Source: a virus (lineage: Duplodnaviria > Caudoviricetes). Taken from it: a stretch of 28,904 bases of DNA. The DNA lies in IMG/VR virus record IMGVR_UViG_3300005805_000337, positions 1-28,904 of that record; one strand, written 5' to 3'. Made by a program: the position numbers and the translations under genes. Under the pieces are notes generated by a model. The model was given only the letters and a program-made list of their open reading frames with translations. It did no database searches and was not told where the DNA came from. Numbering within the stretch: position 1 is the first letter of the stretch; each line of letters begins with the position of its first letter. Below are positions 19,360-27,322 of the stretch, piece by piece.

Positions 19360-20918
19360 TGCCGACTCCAAATATACCACAGGTTCAAACAGCCAATACA
19401 TTTGATTTTTGGAGAATACAGACTAACAATCTCATCAATGCTGCAAATGAACTGAGAAGCACCACTTATGATAAAGAAGCTGGATTGTTGCTTCTTTCCA
19501 ATACTGTTATCGGTACTGCATTGCTTGTGTCAGGTAATGCAAGGGTAGATAATGTTTTGACCGTGAATACTTTGATAGCGGCAAATGCAAATATTACTGG
19601 GAATCTAGTATCATCTAATGCTAATATCACGCATACTTTGCGTGCAACAAATGGTATTTTCGGAAATGTCACTGCTGGGAATGTTGATATAAGTGGAACG
19701 CTATCACTCGGTGGTGTAAATATAACAGATGGATTGTCGCAAGCAGCAAATACTGTTAGCATTTCTTTGAATGGTCTGAACGCACTATCTAAGAAAAAAT
19801 TGAATTTCAAAAATAGTGCGACAGTAACATTTAGTGTTGTTGCAAATGCTGATGACGCAGATATCACTGCCACATCTAGTGGTGGGGGTGGAGGAGGAAC
19901 TGGACCACAAGGAGCTCAAGGTGCACCTGGCGCTCAAGGTCCGAGTGGTGCGGCAGGCGCGACTGGCGCGACTGGGTCTGCTGGAGCGACTGGAGCGACT
20001 GGAGCTGTTGGTCCATCAGGTCCACAAGGACGTCAGGGAGCAACAGGACCAAGTACTCTAATCAATGCAGCACAGGATACATCATCAAATCCACTGTATC
20101 CTGTTTTGACAGCAGGCACTGGCGACCAAACTCCAAAAATAACAACAACGAGATTATCATTCAATGCAAATGATGGAACATTGACTGCTACAAGATTCGT
20201 CGGAGATGGATCTGGGATAACTGGAATTGCTGGTGGAACTGGACCATCAGGTCCATCAGGTCCACAAGGACGTCAGGGAACAGCTGGAACAAACGGAACA
20301 AATGGTACCAATGGTTCACCTGGAGCTACAGGTGCAACTGGACCATCAGGTCCATCAGGTCCAGCTGGAACAAATGGTACCAATGGTTCACCTGGAACAA
20401 ATGGTACCAATGGTTCACCTGGTGCGCCTGGTCCAAGTAACGTAATCAACGCCACAAATGACACATCAAGTACGACACTTTATCCAGTGTTGGTTGGTCC
20501 ACCTGCAGACACCAATCAAACTGCAAAAATCTCAACATCAAAATTGTCATACAATGCAAATGATGGAACATTGACTGCAACGAGATTGAACGCAACGAAC
20601 GATATAACAGCATTCGTTTCTGATGATCGACTGAAAGATAGACTATATAATATTGGCAATGCATTATCAACAGTGGAAACATTGAATGGATTCTTCTTCA
20701 AATTTAATGACACGGCGAAAAATCTTGGGTATGATTATGATGGTAGAATGGTTGGCGTTTCTGCACAAGAAGTGCAAAAAGTTCTTCCTGAGGTGATCGC
20801 AAAAGCTCCGATCGACAATCAATATCTTACTGTTCATTACGAGAAACTTGTTCCATTGTTGATTGAAGCAATCAAAGAACTTAAGAAAGAAGTTGATGAA
20901 CTGAAAAATAGGTTATAA
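19359..20918 (+). CDS. Tail fibre with two collagen (Gly-X-Y) segments and a C-terminal peptidase S74 intramolecular chaperone
   Basis: 519 aa; N-terminal NTFDFWRIQTN; 17 and 22 Gly-X-Y triplets; SDDRLKD..G.SAQEVQKVLPEV..V.YEKLVPLLIEAIKEL is the S74 signature. Confidence 0.88.
   Translation: MPTPNIPQVQTANTFDFWRIQTNNLINAANELRSTTYDKEAGLLLLSNTVIGTALLVSGNARVDNVLTVNTLIAANANITGNLVSSNANITHTLRATNGIFGNVTAGNVDISGTLSLGGVNITDGLSQAANTVSISLNGLNALSKKKLNFKNSATVTFSVVANADDADITATSSGGGGGGTGPQGAQGAPGAQGPSGAAGATGATGSAGATGATGAVGPSGPQGRQGATGPSTLINAAQDTSSNPLYPVLTAGTGDQTPKITTTRLSFNANDGTLTATRFVGDGSGITGIAGGTGPSGPSGPQGRQGTAGTNGTNGTNGSPGATGATGPSGPSGPAGTNGTNGSPGTNGTNGSPGAPGPSNVINATNDTSSTTLYPVLVGPPADTNQTAKISTSKLSYNANDGTLTATRLNATNDITAFVSDDRLKDRLYNIGNALSTVETLNGFFFKFNDTAKNLGYDYDGRMVGVSAQEVQKVLPEVIAKAPIDNQYLTVHYEKLVPLLIEAIKELKKEVDELKNRL
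19902..20054 (+). repeat. Collagen segment 1 (17 Gly-X-Y triplets)
   Basis: GPQGAQGAPGAQGPSGAAGATGATGSAGATGATGAVGPSGPQGRQGATGPS. Confidence 0.9.
20241..20438 (+). repeat. Collagen segment 2 (22 Gly-X-Y triplets)
   Basis: GPSGPSGPQGRQGTAGTNGTNGTNGSPGATGATGPSGPSGPAGTNGTNGSPGTNGTNGSPGAPGPS, with internal DNA repeats of ggaacaaatggtaccaatggttcacctgg. Confidence 0.9.
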
Positions 20919-20920
20919 CA

Positions 20921-22060
20921 ATGGGAATTCCAAGTCAGCCGACTACAGTTATAAGCCTTGGTCCTAGATCTGGACAACCAAATTCCAATAGAAGTCTCGC
21001 AACAGAATTCGGAGACACATCGCCACACAATATCAACGATTTTTATAGAGGAGGTCCTCTAGTTGCAAATCACCCAGTAAATTCTGGTGTTCCAACTACT
21101 ATTGGGGGCACACGATCATTATCACAATACAATGGCGCTAGTATTGTACATAGATACACAATTTCATCTCCTGTTCAAAATTTAAATTTATATAATTATG
21201 CCACTTCAGCTTCTAGGACTGGTACAACTAAGTCCCAAGGTTATATCGATAATGGACAATACACTGCTGGGGAACCTGGAGCAATTGAGTTCACAATAAA
21301 CCCAGGAGTTGTTATTGGTTCCGCAACGAGAACGCAAAATGCATTGGAAACAGGAGTGGACAATCCAACATCAGGTGGTTGGCATCCATCTGTCATCATA
21401 ACAGTTATTAATCAAGGTCAGATTATTGGCGCTGGAGGTAATGGTGGCGGTGTGGGACCCACTGCCAATTGGCCACAGGGTCAATCTGGAGATGGATTTT
21501 CTGGTGGAACTGCAATATTGGCAAGCAGACCAGTAACAATACAAAATGCAGGAACAGTTGCTGGTGGTGGAGGTGGTGGTGGTGCAGGCGATTCGATTTA
21601 CGATCCAAGTCCAGATGGAGTAAAGGGATCCACTGTTATCATTTATGAGAGGGCTGGTGGTGGAGGCGGCGGTGGTGGTGCTGGAAGTAACACACCACCA
21701 AACACAGGCGGCGCAGGTGGAGTTCTTCCTTCTATATTATATAATAGCCCATATCCAGGAACTCTACCGCAACCAGGATTGGCAGGAACTCTCACTACTG
21801 GTGGGCAAGGACGTCAGGGAATAATAAGCGCACCACCTCTAGTATTTCATCCATATCGCGGTGGTACTGGTGGAACTGGTGGTGCACTTGGGGCAGCGGG
21901 TACTGCTGGTGGTGCGGTCCAATTTCCAGTTCCACATAGACCACTAGTGGTATGGCCACCATACGGAGCGGGTGGCGGAGGAGCTGCTGGATTTTATGCA
22001 GTAAATAATCCACTCATTACATGGCAACAGACAGGAACAAGACAGGGGCAAGTTGGATAA
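20921..22060 (+). CDS. Glycine-rich receptor-binding adhesin (T2/S16 gp38-like polyglycine sandwich)
   Basis: 379 aa directly after an S74 fibre; IIGAGGNGG..GGTAI..TIQNAGTVAGGGGGGGAG parallels the gp38 pattern GRGGNGG..GGHxI..INNxGxIAGGGGGGG; multiple Gly runs separated by loops. Confidence 0.7.
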   Translation: MGIPSQPTTVISLGPRSGQPNSNRSLATEFGDTSPHNINDFYRGGPLVANHPVNSGVPTTIGGTRSLSQYNGASIVHRYTISSPVQNLNLYNYATSASRTGTTKSQGYIDNGQYTAGEPGAIEFTINPGVVIGSATRTQNALETGVDNPTSGGWHPSVIITVINQGQIIGAGGNGGGVGPTANWPQGQSGDGFSGGTAILASRPVTIQNAGTVAGGGGGGGAGDSIYDPSPDGVKGSTVIIYERAGGGGGGGGAGSNTPPNTGGAGGVLPSILYNSPYPGTLPQPGLAGTLTTGGQGRQGIISAPPLVFHPYRGGTGGTGGALGAAGTAGGAVQFPVPHRPLVVWPPYGAGGGGAAGFYAVNNPLITWQQTGTRQGQVG

Positions 22061-22386
22061 TGGAAGAGATAAAAGTTAATTTCGAAATCGTCGGCGTCAA
22101 TTCTGACAGAGGTGTAACGTATGTCAAATATTGGGCTGACGGCGCAACAGTTCAAAGATTTCATGCAGATATTGGTCCATATGAAATTCCAATACCAACT
22201 TCATTGGCAGATCTCTCAACTGATGAAGTTAAAGAATATTTTGCGAAAAGAGGATATTGGATTGTGAAACGACAAAAAGATGCAATGGATGCTGAAATTG
22301 ATGGATCTACTGAAATTGTCAGTGCCCTATTGAACATACAATCAAATACGATTGTTGACATACAATCGAACACGGCGATCTCTTAA
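22060..22386 (+). CDS. Hypothetical protein (about 108 aa), possibly fibre-associated
   Basis: ATG at 22060 overlaps the adhesin stop (TAATG); no family recognised. Confidence 0.6.
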   Translation: MEEIKVNFEIVGVNSDRGVTYVKYWADGATVQRFHADIGPYEIPIPTSLADLSTDEVKEYFAKRGYWIVKRQKDAMDAEIDGSTEIVSALLNIQSNTIVDIQSNTAIS

Positions 22387-22387
22387 A

Positions 22388-23230
22388 ATGAAAGACAGTT
22401 TAATGAATTTAATGAATGTCACAACGTCAACATTTGTTCAGAATGAAGTTTTTGTGCCGCCCAATCCATTTATAAATGTTATTGGAAGGAAAGTTTCTTG
22501 GCAAAATATACAAACAGACGATCCTATCCAGAGAACTGGGTTTTCTGTAAATCAACAGATCGGAGACATTATAACAACAGCAGCAAAAGATTTCAAAAAT
22601 ATAACGTTGGATTCTTATGCTTTTTATCAACATCCTGTGTATAAAATTTGTTTTTTAGCAACTGGAAATAATTTTGTCCCAAAGGGCAAAATACGATTTG
22701 AACAAAATTGGTTGCCAATTGACGATGAAGATATTTCTTTTCTAGAAAATAATTACTATGCCGAGAACTGTCCATTGGCTGCGGCATATACTAAAATGGG
22801 TTTACAAGATGAACCAATTTTCGATTGGGCAAATAGAAAATTGACAAGAACAATCGATATATCCAGAGCTACGCGAAATCAGTGGCTTGATGCTGACATG
22901 TATTGGGCATTGAAAATGGACAATATCGTTACGTTTGAAACTGAATATAAAATATATTGCAATATGTTTCCAAATCATACCGATGACTTATACTGGAAAT
23001 CGAAATCAATCTATCTTGACCCAGAAACAATTACAACATATGATGTTTCTCCAATTTCGTTAAAAACTTGGGTTCAAGTTATGGATGGTTCAGTTAGTAT
23101 TAATGGTGTAGAACATTCAGAATATAGTTCATTAATTGTTCCTGGAACCTCAATTCAATTTGCAACAACAAGTTCAACCGCATATATCGTAGTGAGAGAA
23201 AAGATGGATGCGCCTGCTGTTACATTTTAA
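22388..23230 (+). CDS. Hypothetical protein (about 280 aa), possible C-terminal cupin-like beta domain
   Basis: ATG at 22388 lies 1 nt after the previous stop; C-terminus WVQVMDGSVSING..SLIVPG..IQF is reminiscent of cupin/pirin-C barrels (weak). Confidence 0.6.
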   Translation: MKDSLMNLMNVTTSTFVQNEVFVPPNPFINVIGRKVSWQNIQTDDPIQRTGFSVNQQIGDIITTAAKDFKNITLDSYAFYQHPVYKICFLATGNNFVPKGKIRFEQNWLPIDDEDISFLENNYYAENCPLAAAYTKMGLQDEPIFDWANRKLTRTIDISRATRNQWLDADMYWALKMDNIVTFETEYKIYCNMFPNHTDDLYWKSKSIYLDPETITTYDVSPISLKTWVQVMDGSVSINGVEHSEYSSLIVPGTSIQFATTSSTAYIVVREKMDAPAVTF

Positions 23231-23242
23231 CAGGGAGTGATT

Positions 23243-23995
23243 ATGGAAAAATTTGTCTTATTATATAAGCTCACAAAACAATGGTTAATTGCACTATACA
23301 TTTTATTAAAATGTGTATTTAAAGATCCATCAAAAGTATTAGATATTGATGTTGGTATGAAAGTGTATGGCGGAGCAATAACAAAATCAAGTTTGAAGTT
23401 TCTGCATAAATTTTCAAGAGATGAACAAGCACAAATATTATTTAACCGTGGAAAATGTCTTTTGGCTGAAAGATTATGCGATAAAGAATATCTTGAAACT
23501 CTTCCAGAAAACACACTTGGCAAGCATTATTATAATTTAGTTTATAGAAATAATGCTGGCGAATTGAAACACAACTACATGGATCTTTTCCGCAATGCAA
23601 AAAAAGATGGTGAATACAAAAAAATACGCAATGACAACACAGATAAATATTATCAGGTGAAAAAGAATATTGCAATGACAGAAAGGACATATCCAGAAAT
23701 ACTTGCTCAACACGATTTGATGCATACTATTTGTGGAGTAGATACTTCTGCTGAGGGTGAATTGTATCTTCATGCATTTCTAAGCAATCAAATCAAAATA
23801 CCAGCAACAAGGCTTGTGGCAATTGCTATTGGACTATATTTTATCGTCACCAAATTTAATTTTAAAGTAGTGAAAAACTCTTTTAAATATTATGATGCTG
23901 GTAAAAACTCTAAATGGCTTCTCCCGATTGATTGGGCAAACCTTTTAGATCGAGATATATATGAATTGAGAAGAGAGTTAAATATTAATTTGTAA
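23243..23995 (+). CDS. Coq4-like (ubiquinone biosynthesis COQ4 family) metal-binding protein
   Basis: LETLPENTLGKHY plus HDLMHTICGVDTSAEGE (HDxxH-x11-E), the Coq4-family signature; GGGAG RBS before ATG 23243. Confidence 0.75.
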   Translation: MEKFVLLYKLTKQWLIALYILLKCVFKDPSKVLDIDVGMKVYGGAITKSSLKFLHKFSRDEQAQILFNRGKCLLAERLCDKEYLETLPENTLGKHYYNLVYRNNAGELKHNYMDLFRNAKKDGEYKKIRNDNTDKYYQVKKNIAMTERTYPEILAQHDLMHTICGVDTSAEGELYLHAFLSNQIKIPATRLVAIAIGLYFIVTKFNFKVVKNSFKYYDAGKNSKWLLPIDWANLLDRDIYELRRELNINL

Positions 23996-24051
23996 CTGAA
24001 GACTATATAAAATATTGGAAAGCTGCAATGTTTCGTAAGGTGAAATAAATT

Positions 24052-24621
24052 ATGTTTGAAACAAATTATTGGTTTTGGAATGGCGTTCTCTCTACAGAAA
24101 TTTGTGACACATTAATTCTGGAAGGAGATAAATTAATTTCTATTGATGGGTCAATTGGCAACATTGACGCGCGCGGAACATACGATCCGACAATAAGAGA
24201 AACCAACGTATCATTTTTTGATACATATCATTGGATTCACGGAATTTGCCTCCACTACGCTAACATAGCAAATCAAAATGCTGGATGGAATTTGGATATA
24301 ACATATCCACAAAATGTTCAATATGCTCGATATTTTCCAGATCAGCATTATATTCCACATAGAGATGATAGTATTTCATCTAATAAAAATGAAATGCGAA
24401 AACTATCTGTTGCAATACAGATTTCCGATGGGGCAAATTATGAAGGTGGTGATTTTATAATTGAATCTTCTTGTGGTAAAGATTTTCAATGTATTAACGA
24501 ATTTCGCAATAGAGGAAGCATAATAGTATTTCCTTCTGTTATAACCCACGGAATAACGCCGATTACAAAAGGAGTTAGGCACTCAATTGTTTGTTGGGTT
24601 GTTGGACCAAAATTTAGGTAA
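24052..24621 (+). CDS. 2OG-Fe(II) oxygenase (PKHD / prolyl-4-hydroxylase-like)
   Basis: HRD (HxD), RKLS..YEGGDF, VFPS..HGITPITKGVRHSIVCW supplying the distal His and the 2OG-binding Arg. Confidence 0.9.
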   Translation: MFETNYWFWNGVLSTEICDTLILEGDKLISIDGSIGNIDARGTYDPTIRETNVSFFDTYHWIHGICLHYANIANQNAGWNLDITYPQNVQYARYFPDQHYIPHRDDSISSNKNEMRKLSVAIQISDGANYEGGDFIIESSCGKDFQCINEFRNRGSIIVFPSVITHGITPITKGVRHSIVCWVVGPKFR

Positions 24622-24626
24622 TTATA

Positions 24627-25262
24627 ATGAGCAACTATAGAAAGAATTTTGATCAAAACCGATATATAATTTTTCGTGATTTCTTCAATCTTTATGATGT
24701 TATGAGAATGTCAAGAAGAATGTGGTTTTTAAAATCTAGAAATTTACTCGTCAAAGATCCTCAATGTCCTCTATCAAGTTCAACGTATTCTGATCCAATT
24801 CATTCTGAAATGCAAGAACTCTATCGATATAAACTTGAGGATCTTTTAGAATATAAACTCTTCCCAACATATACATATTCCAGAATATATTCCCCAAGAG
24901 AAGTTTTAGAAAGGCATAGAGATAGACCATCTTGTCAAATATCGCTCACTGCAACTTTAGATTACGATACATTTGATGGTGAGCCCTGGGAATTATTTGT
25001 TGAACCAAACGTTTCTTATAAACTATATCCTGGAGACGTTCTTGTATACAAAGGTTGCGAAATAGATCATTGGAGAGATTCTTTTATTGGTATATCGCAG
25101 ACTCAAACTTTTTTTCATTATGTTGACGCCGAAGGTCCATATGCAGATTTCAAATATGATTTTAGACCAAGTCTTGGATCTAGCGATAAAACTAAAAATA
25201 CAATCTTAGAAAAAGAATTGATGGAAAGGTTAGAGGGTAACAATGAAGATAATCGCAAATAA
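24627..25262 (+). CDS. 2OG-Fe(II) oxygenase-like protein (phage type)
   Basis: PTYTYSRIY..LERHRDRPSCQISLT (HxD), PGDVLVYKGCEIDHWR (distal His), QTFFHYV. Confidence 0.78.
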   Translation: MSNYRKNFDQNRYIIFRDFFNLYDVMRMSRRMWFLKSRNLLVKDPQCPLSSSTYSDPIHSEMQELYRYKLEDLLEYKLFPTYTYSRIYSPREVLERHRDRPSCQISLTATLDYDTFDGEPWELFVEPNVSYKLYPGDVLVYKGCEIDHWRDSFIGISQTQTFFHYVDAEGPYADFKYDFRPSLGSSDKTKNTILEKELMERLEGNNEDNRK

Positions 25263-25851
25263 GAAACCGTTTGATCATATTCTCATCAAAGACTTCTACA
25301 GCAAAGAAGAACTCAAGCTGATTTGGCGAGAGAATGAATTCGTCTTTGACAAACTCGGTGATCCAGAGGCTACTCGCGCAGCAATGGAAGATGATGGTGA
25401 GGGGCGAAAAAAATCTGGAAGAGGAATATTCCTAGATGAGGTTTATGGTCGTAGAGAATTCTCCGATATTCTGAGGATCACAAGAAAGACATTCAATTGC
25501 GAAGAACTCGATGAAGAAATTGAAAAAATGGGTTCTGTTTACTTCAATTTGTTTCGAAAAACGAATTGGGATTCAACGATGTTGCAGTACTATGAAGAAG
25601 GCGATTATTATAAGCAACATGATGACTCGGCATTTTTCACGGCAATATATACTTTCTACAAGGAACCAAAGTGTTTCGACGGTGGTGACTTGTACTTCGA
25701 GAAATACGATTACACTTTACCAATTCGAAACAATCAGCTAATATTATTCCCATCAATCGTTTCTCATGGCGTCAATGAAGTTACAATGAAGAAACCTGGT
25801 TACATGAATGGTAGATTTAGTATTGCACATTTGATATATTGGAAATTATAA
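25243..25851 (+). CDS. 2OG-Fe(II) oxygenase (prolyl-4-hydroxylase-like)
   Basis: YEEGDYYKQHDD (HxD), FDGGDLYF, ILFPS..SHGVNEV, GRFSI. Confidence 0.88.
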   Translation: MKIIANKKPFDHILIKDFYSKEELKLIWRENEFVFDKLGDPEATRAAMEDDGEGRKKSGRGIFLDEVYGRREFSDILRITRKTFNCEELDEEIEKMGSVYFNLFRKTNWDSTMLQYYEEGDYYKQHDDSAFFTAIYTFYKEPKCFDGGDLYFEKYDYTLPIRNNQLILFPSIVSHGVNEVTMKKPGYMNGRFSIAHLIYWKL

Positions 25852-25854
25852 TAT

Positions 25855-26862
25855 ATGAAAGTTCACGTCCTCTCGAATCCGCATAGACCAACGACAACAA
25901 AATATGCCGATTATGATCCATTTGCGATCATCACTCATGAATATGTTCATAACATGAAGGAACGTGATTGTGAGATTATACACTATGGTTTAGAAGGTTC
26001 TGATGTGAATTGTGAACACCATTCGTTGTCGAGTAATTTAGAAGAATTCAATAAACAAGCATCAGAAATCATTGGAAAACGAAAAAACCCAGGAGATGTA
26101 ATTTCTTGTATGTATGGTTGGGCGAATAAAGAAGCAACCGATGCGCATACAGATCTGAGAATTATTGAACCTGCAATTGGTTACAGTGCTCATGGAACAT
26201 TTGCACCATTTAAAGTATTCAAGTCAAACGCGCATATGCAATACTTTTATGGTGCACATGATAGAATGATGACACCGTCATGGTTTGATGAAGTGATTCC
26301 TTGGGGTCGTGATCCAGCAGATTTTACTTTTACAGAACACCATAAGAAAGAAGATTATTTTCTCTGTTTTGGTAGAGTGAATAGAAATAAAGGTGTTGCT
26401 CTTGCAATTGATGTCGCTGAAAAAGCAGGAGTGAAACTTGTAGTTGCAGGTCCTGGTTCTTTATATGATATGGGGTATCTGACAACACCGAAGCATGTTG
26501 AAGTTGTTGGTGAATGTGATTCCGAACAGAGAAAAAAACTAATGGCTGGCGCTAGAGGATTGTTCGGCGCAACTTTCTATCTTGAACCATTTGGTCTGAT
26601 GGTGATTGAAGGATATTTTTCTGGAACTCCTGCAATCACAACTGACTGGGGCGCATTCCCAGAAACAGTTGTTCAAGGAAAGACTGGTTACAGATGTCGA
26701 CAGTTCAGCGATTTCGTAACAGCAACAAGAAAAATCAATGAAGGTGAAATTCAAAGCATTGATTGTTTAGATTATGCAATCAAAAATTACTCGAATAAAG
26801 TTGTATTCGACAAGCATTACAAGTATATACAAAGAGTGAATACACTGAACTTTTATTCTTGA
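25855..26862 (+). CDS. GT-B glycosyltransferase (GT4 / Glycos_transf_1-like)
   Basis: 335 aa; FGRVNRNKGV..LVVAG..VEVVG..EPFGLMVIEG..SGTPAITTDWGAFPETVVQGKTG (E-x7-E motif). Confidence 0.9.
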   Translation: MKVHVLSNPHRPTTTKYADYDPFAIITHEYVHNMKERDCEIIHYGLEGSDVNCEHHSLSSNLEEFNKQASEIIGKRKNPGDVISCMYGWANKEATDAHTDLRIIEPAIGYSAHGTFAPFKVFKSNAHMQYFYGAHDRMMTPSWFDEVIPWGRDPADFTFTEHHKKEDYFLCFGRVNRNKGVALAIDVAEKAGVKLVVAGPGSLYDMGYLTTPKHVEVVGECDSEQRKKLMAGARGLFGATFYLEPFGLMVIEGYFSGTPAITTDWGAFPETVVQGKTGYRCRQFSDFVTATRKINEGEIQSIDCLDYAIKNYSNKVVFDKHYKYIQRVNTLNFYS

Positions 26863-26893
26863 AACTCTATCTCCTCTCATAAACGACACACTG

Positions 26894-26922
26894 ATTATAC
26901 TCGGATTTTTTGATCAAGTAAA
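26894..26922 (-). promoter_or_regulatory. Putative sigma70/early-type promoter pointing antisense into the enzyme cassette
   Basis: Minus strand TTTACT (26922-26917), 17-nt spacer, TATAAT (26899-26894). Confidence 0.55.
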
Positions 26923-26923
26923 G

Positions 26924-26931
26924 TATAAATA
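26924..26931 (+). promoter_or_regulatory. T4-type late promoter (TATAAATA)
   Basis: Exact match in the intergenic region upstream of 26987. Confidence 0.75.
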
Positions 26932-26954
26932 GAATATTGTTACTTCTTTCATCA

Positions 26955-26962
26955 TATAAATA
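26955..26962 (+). promoter_or_regulatory. T4-type late promoter (TATAAATA), second copy
   Basis: Exact match 24 nt upstream of ATG 26987, the same spacing as at gp48. Confidence 0.82.
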
Positions 26963-26986
26963 ATCTAAAAATTCGGGATCCCCAAA

Positions 26987-27322
26987 ATGGCGCAATTCAT
27001 AGAACTGAACCTTGATCAAGGTGCAGATTTCACTTTTGATATGACCATTACTAATGATGACGGAACTGCTAAAGATATCACGAATTATGTATTTTCTTCT
27101 TCAATGAAGAAATCATATTATTCTAGCACAGTAACTGCAAACATGACACCAACGATACTGAATGCTGGTGATGGTTTAGTCAGATTTTCAATCACTGCCG
27201 CAAATAACGCAACAATCAAAGCTGGTAGATATTTGTTCGATATCAAACAAGTTGATACATCAAATAATACAAGTAGAATTGTTGAAGGACTCATCATAGT
27301 CAATCCGAGAGTTACTGCATGA
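26987..27322 (+). CDS. Small virion structural protein (Ig/BppU-N-like fibre adaptor type)
   Basis: 111 aa; LDQGADF..DITNY..MKKSY..G.VRFSITA..AGRYLFDI..RIVEG.IIVNPRVT pattern, common upstream of fibre genes in T4-like phages; late promoters upstream. Confidence 0.72.
   Translation: MAQFIELNLDQGADFTFDMTITNDDGTAKDITNYVFSSSMKKSYYSSTVTANMTPTILNAGDGLVRFSITAANNATIKAGRYLFDIKQVDTSNNTSRIVEGLIIVNPRVTA

Noticed and set aside
20010-21821. Repeated segments as a possible DGR template/variable repeat or invertible region (including caaggacgtcagggaa at 20265-20280 and 21806-21821)
   Set aside because: Matches are short, direct and in coding frame, with no adenine-specific mismatch pattern and no reverse transcriptase or invertase in the window.
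24004-24014. TATATAAAATA upstream of the first oxygenase as a late promoter
   Set aside because: Not an exact TATAAATA and the region is very AT-rich; cannot be supported from sequence alone.
24052-26862. Oxygenases plus GT as a DNA hypermodification system (TET/JBP-like plus glucosyltransferase)
   Set aside because: Motifs look P4H/PKHD-like rather than TET/JBP or AlkB, and the context is structural with no nucleotide-metabolism genes. Disfavoured but not formally excluded.
26766-26879. A minus-strand ORF of about 37 codons (MRGDRVSRIKVQ...) downstream of the antisense promoter
   Set aside because: Very short, overlaps the GT 3' end, no RBS upstream of its ATG and no recognisable motif.
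279-27303. Numerous short minus-strand and alternate-frame ORFs in the track (e.g. 3945-4445, 19466-19873, 2335-2688)
   Set aside because: Nested in or overlapping well-supported + strand genes, with no recognisable motifs.
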